Shown here: positions 23,188 through 33,666 of the stretch, one piece after another | How the letters are laid out: every line of letters starts with the position of its first letter | Position numbering within the stretch: position 1 is the first letter of the stretch | Origin: Albugo candida | Lineage: Eukaryota | Direction: 5' to 3' | Length of the DNA: 64,000 nt | NCBI GenBank assembly: GCA_040437565.1 | Contig: JBDOQK010000039.1 | Coordinates: 124,001 to 188,000 of the forward strand | Program-made: the position numbers and the translations under genes | The notes under the pieces: generated by a model | What the model saw: only the letters and a program-made list of their open reading frames with translations | Database searches by the model: none | What the model was told of the DNA's origin: nothing

Positions 23188-24126
23188 ATGATCTGTTCGT
23201 ACGCTTGCGCGCTCAAGGAACATCCCGAGCTCACCGAAGCGATAGAAACTCTATCAAAGCATCCGATTGCACACTGGTACACCGATCGTGATCCTTTTGC
23301 GAAGGAGAATCTTGACGCCTACCTGAATACCAACGAAGACTGTCAAGAAACCGATGAACCAGTGCTTCAGTCTAATGTTATTGTCGTATATGGGCTGCCG
23401 AGCAAAGACTGCAAAGACCATTTTTCGTCGGACGGTTATAATAAAACAACCGAAGATTACAAATGCTTTCTTCAATTGCTAAAAGAGACTAATCGAAGCA
23501 AAAAACGTACCATTTACATCCTCGAGCCGGATGCGATCGGTTTATTGATGGACCCTGACGGAGTGACAAAAGGTCTCAAATACGAGAAAAATCTCCGAAT
23601 GGCAATTAAAATGTTGAGCTGTCGAGATTCATCAAGTGAGATTTACATTGATATTGGATACTGGTGCTTAGGAAGCGATGAGCAAGCCGCAAAAGTTGCA
23701 AAATTGGTAAATTATATCGACAAGCATAACAAATGCAAAGGTATTGCTCTCAATACTTCCAACTATCGTTCGAATGCGGAAATGGATGTCTCATGTGAGC
23801 GATTTTGCCGGGCTTCTAGACGTAACTATTCGTGTATCGTGGACACATCGAGAAATTATCTAGGTCCACCAGCTTCCGGAGAATGGTGTAATGTCAAACA
23901 TGCTGGAATTGGCTTCCCGCCCACAAGCAGCACTGGGTATAAGTGCATCGATTACTTTCTATGGGTGAAGCCTCCCGGGGAAAGCGATGGAGAAGGTACA
24001 GATCGATCATCAGACGCGATGTTGGGACCTCCAGCCGGTAATTTTTTCTACGAGCACTTTTTGATCCTCTGGAACAATGGATATTTTGTACGTGAACAAG
24101 AAGCATCCAAGATAAAAACGCATTAA
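23188..24126 (+). CDS. Glycoside hydrolase family 6 cellulase (oomycete type), no evident signal peptide
   Basis: IAHWYTDR, VVYGLPSKDC, ILEPDAIG (catalytic acid), IYIDIGYW, NTSNY, VDTSRN, WCN, LWVKPPGESDG. Confidence 0.93.
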   Translation: MICSYACALKEHPELTEAIETLSKHPIAHWYTDRDPFAKENLDAYLNTNEDCQETDEPVLQSNVIVVYGLPSKDCKDHFSSDGYNKTTEDYKCFLQLLKETNRSKKRTIYILEPDAIGLLMDPDGVTKGLKYEKNLRMAIKMLSCRDSSSEIYIDIGYWCLGSDEQAAKVAKLVNYIDKHNKCKGIALNTSNYRSNAEMDVSCERFCRASRRNYSCIVDTSRNYLGPPASGEWCNVKHAGIGFPPTSSTGYKCIDYFLWVKPPGESDGEGTDRSSDAMLGPPAGNFFYEHFLILWNNGYFVREQEASKIKTH

Positions 24127-24187
24127 GCCTGTAAAATATATTTATCGATGTATATATGTGATGAAACTCGGGTGCAATATATCATTC

Positions 24188-25267
24188 TCACATCAGGATC
24201 AGCGGCATTAGAAGCAGCATGTATGTGAATACAACAGAGAGCGAGATGAGTGCCGCTCCGTTATCTTCATTGTCAGATCCTGACAATGAGTCGTCCGAAA
24301 TGACAGATTTCTTCTCAACTCGTCGATCACACTGTGCTCCCGTGTATCCGCTCTCGCAATTGCACACACCTCCCGTCACATTTTCCTGTCCTACAGAAGC
24401 CAGTCCTCTACCAGCATCGCCGACCGTTCCGGAAACAGAACTGGATCCTGATCCATCCTCTGCGCCACCCAATGCGTCCTGATTGGTAACATTGCTCATA
24501 CACTTTCCATGACCACCACACGCTTTGGATGAGGTTGGGTCGCAGTATGCGCATTGGTTTCCTGTCGTTCCTTCATTACATTCACATTGCTGAGAACGCA
24601 TGTTGCATGTTCCAGCTGCACATTGTCCGGCATTGATACATTTATTGGAGTCAATTTTCTGGCAAAATCGGCCTTTGTACCCAACGGTACAAACACAGCG
24701 ATAATCCATCGAGCGCTGACCACTGGGCACACACGTTCCTCGCGCCGAGCAAACGACATCAGGTGCGGATGGATTAATGCAATTATCAGAAATAACCTTT
24801 GGATAATCGAGCATTTGTGCCAATTTGTCTGCCGACGATCGTTCTTTAAATAACAGCCGCTTGTCAAAAACCGAATAATCGACGCATCCATAGATGACAC
24901 CGACTTCCTCTCCATTCAAGTCTTTCACGTACAAGCAATTGACGTACCCGGCTTTGTTTGGTGTCCCGGGCTTTTTGCATTTCGCAGTCGGATAAATAAA
25001 GGCACAAACACAACTGATCGATTTGTATGCAGTCGGCCAAGTGGATAGACTCGGACAAACTCCAGGTCGGACGCCCGCACAAATTTCTGTCGAGTCTTGA
25101 TTCGGAAGACATTGTTTCACATCGGTAGCTCCTGTGCGCGATGTCTGCACGCTGACACAGGTGTACCCTTTCGCCTGAGCCTGACAGGATTTTTCATTCT
25201 TGCAATACCCGGGCTTTTTCCCGTGGACACTTAGTAAAGCGAGACATAGAAATAACACAATTTGCAT
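24188..25267 (-). CDS. Secreted Cys-rich EGF-like repeat protein, probably GPI-anchored; 5' part duplicated artifactually to 25596
   Basis: Signal peptide MQIVLFLCLALLSVHG; EGF-like CVCTVGYKGRFC, CECNEGTTGNQC, CNCESGYTGAQC; Ser/Asp spacer and a hydrophobic C-terminal tail with no cytoplasmic segment. Confidence 0.85.
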   Translation of the reverse strand: MQIVLFLCLALLSVHGKKPGYCKNEKSCQAQAKGYTCVSVQTSRTGATDVKQCLPNQDSTEICAGVRPGVCPSLSTWPTAYKSISCVCAFIYPTAKCKKPGTPNKAGYVNCLYVKDLNGEEVGVIYGCVDYSVFDKRLLFKERSSADKLAQMLDYPKVISDNCINPSAPDVVCSARGTCVPSGQRSMDYRCVCTVGYKGRFCQKIDSNKCINAGQCAAGTCNMRSQQCECNEGTTGNQCAYCDPTSSKACGGHGKCMSNVTNQDALGGAEDGSGSSSVSGTVGDAGRGLASVGQENVTGGVCNCESGYTGAQCDRRVEKKSVISDDSLSGSDNEDNGAALISLSVVFTYMLLLMPLILM

Positions 25268-25850
25268 TGTCGAGTTGCACACTTGAGGTAGTTTTTNNNN
25301 NNNNNNNNNNNNNNNNNNNNNNNNNNNNNNNNNNNNNNNNNNNNNNNNNNNNNNNNNNNNNNNNNNNNNNNNNNNNNNNNNNNNNNNNNNNNNNNNCGGA
25401 CGCCCGCACAAATTTCTGTCGAGTCTTGATTCGGAAGACATTGTTTCACATCGGTAGCTCCTGTGCGCGATGTCTGCACGCTGACACAGGTGTACCCTTT
25501 CGCCTGAGCCTGACAGGATTTTTCATTCTTGCAATACCCGGGCTTTTTCCCGTGGACACTTAGTAAAGCGAGACATAGAAATAACACAATTTGCATTGTC
25601 GAGTTGCACACTTGAGGTAGTTTTTAAAATGGATAACGATAGTTTATTTGTATTCTCATTGACACTTTAGTGATTGATGCACGCGAGACAAGGTAGTCAG
25701 CAAATTCATCAGCTGCGAAGATGTAGACAATAGACTTTGTCGTTGAGCTTTACGTCCGACAGTTTGGAGTCAGCTTCCTTCATGACCCGTCAACCCGTCA
25801 GTCGGTTTGTCGTACGCGAAATGATTGTACATTCAGAATCAGAGTAATTA

Positions 25851-27227
25851 ATGGTCCCACTCCACTCACCTGGAAAGCAAGTGACTTTACTGTGTAACGA
25901 GCATCCGTTAAGCGATTCTCGGCCATCTTCTTGTGTTGAACACGTTAAAGCAGAGAGTTTACCGTTAGAGATTCAAAATGATATCACTGAAAATACAATT
26001 TTTCTCACGTATGCATTCACCTTTCTGAATGGTGCCGTGTTATGGTCGTATTTCTCTTGTCTTTCAGCTCAAAATTACTATCAGCAGCGATTTCCGAGCG
26101 TTAATTTCCCGTTTCTAACGACTGTTGTGAGTTGTTGGCCGATGGTTATCGCTCATACGATTCAGCTGAGCTTTGGATTGGATAAGCGATTCTCACATCA
26201 ATCTCGAGTCGTTATGGGGTATGTAGTCAATATGCTGAGCGGAATTTGCATCATGATCTTTAGTGCCATTCATTTTGAGCATCCTCATTCAGGCGGAGTG
26301 CTTGTTTTGGTTTGTTTTGGAGTGATTGGATTTGCAAACTCTTTATCGGAAGCCAACTTTTACACTTTGGCGGCTTTATTCCCAATGGAAACGTTTCTGA
26401 ATGCCGTTCAGATTGGAAATGGGCTGGCAGGTGTGCTGAATATCAGTACAAGTACATTCTTACGGCTTTTGGTGGGTGGAATTCATCAGACAAATTCCTC
26501 CGTCACGCTCGCTTTCTACTTATTCTTTGGAACCTTACTTGTCGTCTCGTTGGCTGCCATTTACATTTACTATAAAGTATTGAAGCTTCCGTGTGTCAAA
26601 TATCTCATGGAAGTCAATGATCAAGCAACAAAAGATCATGGATTAGACACATTTTCCAGTGGGATCGTATTTCGTAATCTGCTGCGCGTGGCACGGGTCA
26701 TTTGGATTCCGGCGTTGTGTCAATTTCTCTGTTTCTTCTTGACATTGGCTGTATTCCCAGGATTCGCGTGTGCAGGAGGCGGTATGCTCGACCCGGATGA
26801 CACAGCGGCCTCGTGGTATTGCTCCCCGGGAATCATCGCATCTTTCAACTTTGGTGATTTTTTGGGACGTCTGATGTGCACCCGAGCGATGTACAAGTTT
26901 TTCACGATGAGAGCCACATTGATTTTCTGTCTCCTTCGATTCATTTATATTCCGTTACTACTGATGGGTGTCTATACTTCGAAATTGTATGTGTTTGGAG
27001 CATCAGCTACGGCCCCATTGCTGTATCAGATTGGAATCAATTTTACAATTGGAATAACAAACGGAGTATTATCAACTGTCACAATGGGCTCGGCTCCCCA
27101 GCTATTGGAAATAGAAGATCGAGAAACCGCAGGAGCACTGATGGTGTTGGTTTTATTTCTTGGACTTAGTGCTGGCTCTACCTTTGGCTACGTCATTGGT
27201 GATTCCCAGTGGTTTAAACTTTCTTGA
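25851..27227 (+). CDS. Equilibrative nucleoside transporter (ENT/SLC29)
   Basis: About 11 hydrophobic segments; GAVLWSYFSCLSAQNYY, AVQIGNGLAGV, FFLTLAVFPG, FNFGDFLGR, GITNG, ETAGALMVLVLFLGLSAGS. Confidence 0.93.
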   Translation: MVPLHSPGKQVTLLCNEHPLSDSRPSSCVEHVKAESLPLEIQNDITENTIFLTYAFTFLNGAVLWSYFSCLSAQNYYQQRFPSVNFPFLTTVVSCWPMVIAHTIQLSFGLDKRFSHQSRVVMGYVVNMLSGICIMIFSAIHFEHPHSGGVLVLVCFGVIGFANSLSEANFYTLAALFPMETFLNAVQIGNGLAGVLNISTSTFLRLLVGGIHQTNSSVTLAFYLFFGTLLVVSLAAIYIYYKVLKLPCVKYLMEVNDQATKDHGLDTFSSGIVFRNLLRVARVIWIPALCQFLCFFLTLAVFPGFACAGGGMLDPDDTAASWYCSPGIIASFNFGDFLGRLMCTRAMYKFFTMRATLIFCLLRFIYIPLLLMGVYTSKLYVFGASATAPLLYQIGINFTIGITNGVLSTVTMGSAPQLLEIEDRETAGALMVLVLFLGLSAGSTFGYVIGDSQWFKLS

Positions 27228-27233
27228 GTACAT

Positions 27234-28749
27234 TTATTCGATTTCACATATAGCTTGCTTGATGATCTCTGTGCATATTTCCAGCTGATCCGGGCTGATA
27301 CAAAGTGGTGGGGTCAGACGGATAATGTTTCCATGAGTTGGTTTAGCAAGCAGTCCTTTATCACGAAGGAGCATGCAGAGATCCCACGCATTGGGTTTGT
27401 TCGATCGCTCTGTGATGACAATTGCGTTCATTAATCCTTTGCCTCGGACTTCCACGAGCGCGTTGGACTCCAACCTATGACCACATCAACTACTGAGTAT
27501 GTATACTGCGATATTTTCGATCAACGTACGATCTCATATTGCTTCGGAAGGCTTCACCGAGCTTGAAGGCATTTTCTGAAAGTTTCTCATCGATCAAAAC
27601 CTAGAATCAAGTATGAATGAATATGTGCATGTCATTCAAATGAGACCAACTACCTGGATCGCTGCCATTGCTACTTTGCATCCGAGAGGATTACCGCCAT
27701 AGGTCGATCCATGTTGCCCGGGTTTGATGGTGAGCATGACTTGATCACTTGATAAAACAGCTGAAACAGGGTACATCCCGCCCGAAAGAGCTTTACCAAG
27801 AACCAAGATATCTGGCTTTACATTCTCATAATCAACCGCCAACATCCTTCCCGTGCGTCCCAAGCCTGTTTGTACTTCATCAGCGATCCACAGAATGTTG
27901 TATTTTGTGCAGAGATCTCGAACGCCTCTCAGATACCCTTCATCAGGCACAACAACTCCAGCTTCGCCTTGAATTGGTTCCACCATAAACGCTGCAATCC
28001 GATCGCCATCTTTCTTAAAGGCGTCTTCCAGTGCCTTTAGATCGTTGAATGGAATGCATTCAAATCCCGGAAGAAAAGGACCGTAACCTTGATACGCATC
28101 CTTATCATTTGACGATGAAATAGCGCTGATCGTCCTTCCCCAGAAATTATTCTTCGCGAAGAGGACTTTGGCCTGATTCGGTTGGACTCCCTTCACATCG
28201 TACGCCCAACGTCTGGCCAATTTGATGGCTGTTTCCCCACCTTCCACTCCAGTATTCATAGGCAAAAGCTACGACATCTTCAGAATCCCTTTAGATATCT
28301 CAATTAGAAGCCTTCGTACCCGATCGAATCCCAACAATTTGCTCATAAATTCTTCGTATTCACCCAAAACGTTGTTATGAAATGCACGCGAAGTCAGTGT
28401 GAGCTTTTCGGCCTGTTCCTTTAACGCATTGAGAATCACTGGATGGCAATGGCCCTGATTGACCGCCGAATAAGCACTCAGAAAATCGAAATACTCGTTG
28501 CCGTCGACATCCCATACTTTGCATCCTTTCGCGCGCTCTAAAACTACCGGTATTGGGTGGTAATTCTTCGCTCCAAATTGATTTTCACGATCAATGATCT
28601 GCGCAAAAGTAGTGTGTTAAAGAGATGAAAGCGGAGGGAATCGGAACCTGTTGCGCGCGCGTAGAGATTGTAACACGTTGGAGACATGGTCGAAGCTTTT
28701 GTTGCAATTTTGAAATGGTTTTCGGTTGAAAATAGCGATTCAAAGGCAT
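27234..28749 (-). CDS. OAT: Ornithine aminotransferase with a basic N-terminal presequence, multi-exon
   Basis: [101 protein letters not shown]. The start at 28749 is inferred by splicing. Confidence 0.95.
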
Positions 28750-28865
28750 GATTTCCACTGCACGANNNNNNNNNNNNNNNNNNNNNNNNNNNNNNNNNNN
28801 NNNNNNNNNNNNNNNNNNNNNNNNNNNNNNNNNNNNNNNNNNNNNNNNNNNNNNNNNNNNNNNNN

Positions 28866-31800
28866 TCAATCAGACTATATCAGGCCTTTCCCTTCTTCCG
28901 GAATTTGACTGTTTTTATCTCGATATGAACGGAATTCTACACGTTTGTACACATAATAATAATCATTCCGATGATACTTCCCCTGCTACTTTCGAGGAAC
29001 AATTCCAAGCAATTGTCCGCTATTTGGATCGACTCGTGACGTGCATTGTAAAGCCGAAAAAGCTCGTGTACCTCGCAATTGACGGTGTGGCTCCACGTGC
29101 AAAGCTTAATCAGCAGCGATCACGACGATTTCGTGCAGGTTTGGAGCGACAAGAAAAGGTCAAAGAATTAGCATCGGAAATGGAAAAGAATGGAACGAAT
29201 TTGTCTAAAAACGATATTTTTGACAGTAATTGTATCACGCCCGGAACAGAATTTCTGGAGAGAATATCCGAGCAATTAATTTACTTTATACGTCACAAGA
29301 TCAAAAATGATCCGTTGTGGACACGCTTGGAAGTTTATTTTTCTGGAAGTGAGGTTCCCGGTGAAGGGGAGCATAAGATTATGGATTTCATACGGCAAAG
29401 GAAAATGTCGGCGGGGTATGAGCCTAATCTTCGGCATTGTATGTACGGAAGCGATGCCGATTTGATGTTATTGAGTCTGATGACACATGAGCCTCACTTT
29501 ACGCTCATCCGTGAGCATGTGGACTGGGGATCGGGAAGTTCCAGGTCAAAGGGAAAAATCAGCGTTGCTGAAAAGAAGAAAATTCAGGAAGATCAATGGC
29601 AGCTCGTGCATTTATCTCTGTTTCGCGAGTATTTGATGATGGAAATGCGAGTCAAATATCCTCAAGGTGGTCAAGTTCAAATCGATAAAAGGCGAGATGG
29701 AGAGCGAATGATTGACGACTTTATTTTCTTGACATTTTTATTCGGAAATGATTTCATTCCCCACTCACCGACTTTGGAAATTCGTGAGAATGCAATTCCA
29801 ATTCTTCTGAAGGTATATCGAGAGCTCTTAGACGAACAGAATTCGGTCCAATATTTGACCGATAGTGGAAAGCTGGTCAATGTGGAATTGCTGCAAGCTT
29901 TGTTCATCAAGATTGGCAATATGGAAGAGGAGATTCTGAGTAAGCGTGCGGAAGAAGAGCGAAAGAAACGGAAAAGTCGACATTACCGTAATGATAAACG
30001 TCAAGCCATTGACACGCAAGTCACGTCAATTGCCATAAGTGGCGATCTGGATGAAGAAGAAGGTGCTGAAATTGAGTTCGCACTTGCTTTGGACCAAGAA
30101 GTCGATGCTGATTCCCAAGACGAGTATGAAGATGATGCGCCAGAACTTTTGACTTTGAGTGGGACCGAGAGCTTCCAGGACACCAAATGGACGTATTATG
30201 AGCGCAAATTCGGGATACACCGTGGTGATGGAGATGCTGGTAATTGCGATCTACAGGAAGTTCGAAAGAATTTTCTAGAGGCTTTGGTTTGGTGTTTGGC
30301 GTATTACTTCCAAGGCCCGCCTTCTTGGTCATGGTACTATCCGCATCATTACTCGCCGATGATTTCCGATCTCACAGGAATCGCAGACATCATGAAAGAT
30401 ATCTCCTTTTCTTGTGTGTCAGACACAGGCATTGTGGACGGTCCATTGCTTCCATTCGAGNNNNNNNNNNNNNNNNNNNNNNNNNNNNNNNNNNNNNNNN
30501 NNNNNNNNNNNNNNNNNNNNNNNNNNNNNNNNNNNNNNNNNNNNNNNNNNNNNNNNNNNNCTAGAGGCTTTGGTTTGGTGTTTGGCGTATTACTTCCAAG
30601 GCCCGCCTTCTTGGTCATGGTACTATCCGCATCATTACTCGCCGATGATTTCCGATCTCACAGGAATCGCAGACATCATGAAAGATATCTCCTTTTCTTG
30701 TGTGTCAGACACAGGCATTGTGGACGGTCCATTGCTTCCATTCGAGCAGCTTCTCGCGAATCTTCCTTCATCGAGTGCTCATTTGGTACCAAAATCTTTC
30801 CAATTTCTGATGCAATCGCCACTTTCGCCTATCAAGCACTTTTATCCTGCAACATTTGAAGTCGATATGGAAGGAAAACGGAATGATTGGGAAGGTGTGA
30901 ATGTTCTCCCGTTCATCGATATCGAGCAATTACGAGCAGCAATTCTGCAACATTGTCCCGTCGACCAGCTGACGGAAGTCGAACGCAAGCGGAATCGGCT
31001 CCAGCTGCACGCGTTGAAAATCGTTCACGATGAAAAGGCTTTGGAAACGGTGAAATCGAGTCTTCGAGGCAAATCTGGGTTTCCAGATATTGTTCCGTGT
31101 CATTCTCGCGTTGAGAAATATTCAGCAGCTTCCATCCAAGCAACAAAATTATTCCACGGAAGCTATCAAAGTCGACTTTTGCCCAACGTGAAGCTTCCTC
31201 TTCCCGGCTTTCCGTCATTTTACACAACTCTGACGGAATCTTGTCGGGTTGAATGCGTCTCCATAAATTGCTTTGGATTTCCGTCACGTAAAGAGACTTT
31301 GGTTGTGCGAGTTGCTACTTCGGCACAAATGTCTATTCCTTCTGAGCAGCTTCTTGGGTCCAATGTGAATGTCAATTGGCCGCATTTACACGAGGCATTT
31401 GTCGTTGGAGTTAGCACGGCCGCAGAGGAGTGTCGTTCCATCAAACAAGGCAAACATGGACCAGAAGTAATTCATAGGGTCGATCACGATACTCATGGAC
31501 GGAAGGAATGGGAAAAGTATACGAAAGCGGAAGGCCTCAAGTATCTTCGCGGTCGAGGTATTCCCGGGACGGGTGGAATCGATTTAGGTGGGATCACCAA
31601 ATGTGTTCATGTACGGCTGCTGGAAGGAATTGTGCGAGATGCAAATGGATGTGTGAAAAAGATCTTTGGTAAAGACGAAACATTATTGCCTTTCCAATTG
31701 CTCGTGCTCCAGGACACGATACCCGGAGATGTTGGATTGCATGAGATTGGACCGCTTGCTATAGAAGAGCAATTCCCCATTACTTGTCAAGTTCTCATTA

Positions 31801-33602
31801 CAGCTGGAAAATGGCTCGGATGTCCCGGTGTCGTGAGAGGCTTTGAAAACGGGAAAATCAAAGTTGAAATCCATGAAATCGATCGGGAACCACCTTTTGG
31901 ATACAACATAGCAGCACAATTATGCGATCACTATGTCTCCGGACACGAAGCTGCCCACCGTCTTGGGATCTCTAAAAATGTGCTTGGTATTTTGACTGGA
32001 AGTTTCTGTGTAATGGACGTAGAGCTTGGACTGAAGCTTCATTCGTATCGTGAATATATTCTTCCGGGATATTGTCGTCTAGTAGAAGCGCCCAACCATT
32101 CGGGAAGGAATGCGCAACCTCGTCACAAGAAAGAAAATGGTGCGTCTGTGTGGCGTAGTGGTGATACGATCAAGATCCTGGGGAGCACGGAATCGATGAA
32201 GGATAAGAAGTACCAAAGTAGAGACAATGACAGAGATATTGGCGGATGCAGGACATTCTGGGAGTATTCCGAGCGTGCACTAGCACTGCTTGGTGAATAT
32301 GTGTGCGCATTTCCATCATTCGTACGCAATCTCGAGCATCTCAGCCCCAGCCAGGTACGAAGAGCTTCTCTCCAACTGTTTGGAACGGATGATGTTGATC
32401 TGGCTCAGAAGGCTGCAAGCGAAATTGCAACTTGGGTCGAATCCAAAAAGGTGAATCTCCAATACTCTCCTGTTGATTCTCAACACGTCTCGCTGGAAGC
32501 CATGCAGGCGATCGAATCTGCCGGGAGCGCTCGACTCGCTGAATTAGAACGACATATCTCCAAAAAGAATCGGAATAAAACGCATTTGCTGCCTCGAGCT
32601 CATTTGTTTGTACCGAATTCGCATTGCAATCAAGATGTAACAGGCGTCGAGGTCTCGAAGCATGCTTCAGCAAATCGAGGTGCACCGGTCATTGGCGATC
32701 GCGTCGTCAATATATGCGCCCGTGAGGTTCCTATGGGATATCGAGGCACAGTGGTGGCAACTTTTGTGAGCACAAAATGCGTCGAAGTGCTATTTGACCA
32801 AAGGTTTATCGGGGGAGAGGCATTGCATGGCACCAAATCGACCGATCGAGGGAAAATCGTTCCATGGAATAATTTGCTGTGTGTGAGTAAGCCGCCTGAA
32901 TCGCATCGTACATTCCATCCCGATATAGCAAGGAAGGCTCACCATCCGCGAGCAGATGCTAAGAGCACAAATAGCGTGAACTCGACTCGGAAAGAAGTGC
33001 AGAAAGAGAATACGAAACCACAAGAAGCCGTACCTGTCCACATCCAAGCACCAATGCACGTACCTGAGCCACCAGATCCAGAAAAGATGAAGCAAATATT
33101 AGAAATGGGCAAGGGTGAAGAGCTTAAGCATATCAAAAAACTTCTGACGCCGCCGCAGACGACTCTCAAAGCATCAGCTTTGGCATGGAAGCCTCCGCGC
33201 GGACTCGCATCCTTTGCCCCGCGTACTCAAAGAAACGCTCCGTCAATCCCAACTTATAAGCCTCATCCGGTACCTCTGAATGAAAATGCGCCACCGGCGC
33301 CATCTCAAACCTTTTTCTGCTATAATGGGGCTTTGGATCGGTCTGTGCAAGTTGATCAACAACGTCGAAAAGCGCCGACCAATATACCAACTTCGAAAAC
33401 GATTGGTGACAGTGCAAGTGAACGAAAGCGTCAACCAGCGAAGCATTTGGCTGTAAATGGCGCAAAGCCTCCGGCACACAACAAATGGATTGCCAAGACG
33501 AGTCACACTCATGATGGAACGGACGGTACGGCTGGAGGCACTGAAAAAGTCTTGTTGTCTCCTGCGCTCTTGCAGGAACAGAATAAGAAACGATCCGAAT
33601 AG
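28866..33602 (+). CDS. XRN1: 5'-3' exoribonuclease 1; extreme N-terminus lies in the gap; artifactual ~186-nt repeat around the 30461-30560 gap
   Basis: FDCFYLDMNGILH, AIDGVAPRAKLNQQRSRRF, FDSNCITPGT, PGEGEHKI, YGSDADL, GNDFIPH, SWSWYYPHHYSP, plus the XRN1-specific C-terminal GDRVV..VPMGYRGTVV..EVLFD domain. Confidence 0.96.
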
Positions 33603-33666
33603 GAGAATTGCTTTAATTGTAGCTGAAATTTTGATCTGTAAGCTATCGAATGAAAAAGTGATGTGA

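Noticed and set aside
30275..30746. Apparent frameshift or internal repeat splitting XRN1 into two ORFs
   Set aside because: Sequence restarts after the 100-N gap. Merging the overlap restores one frame.
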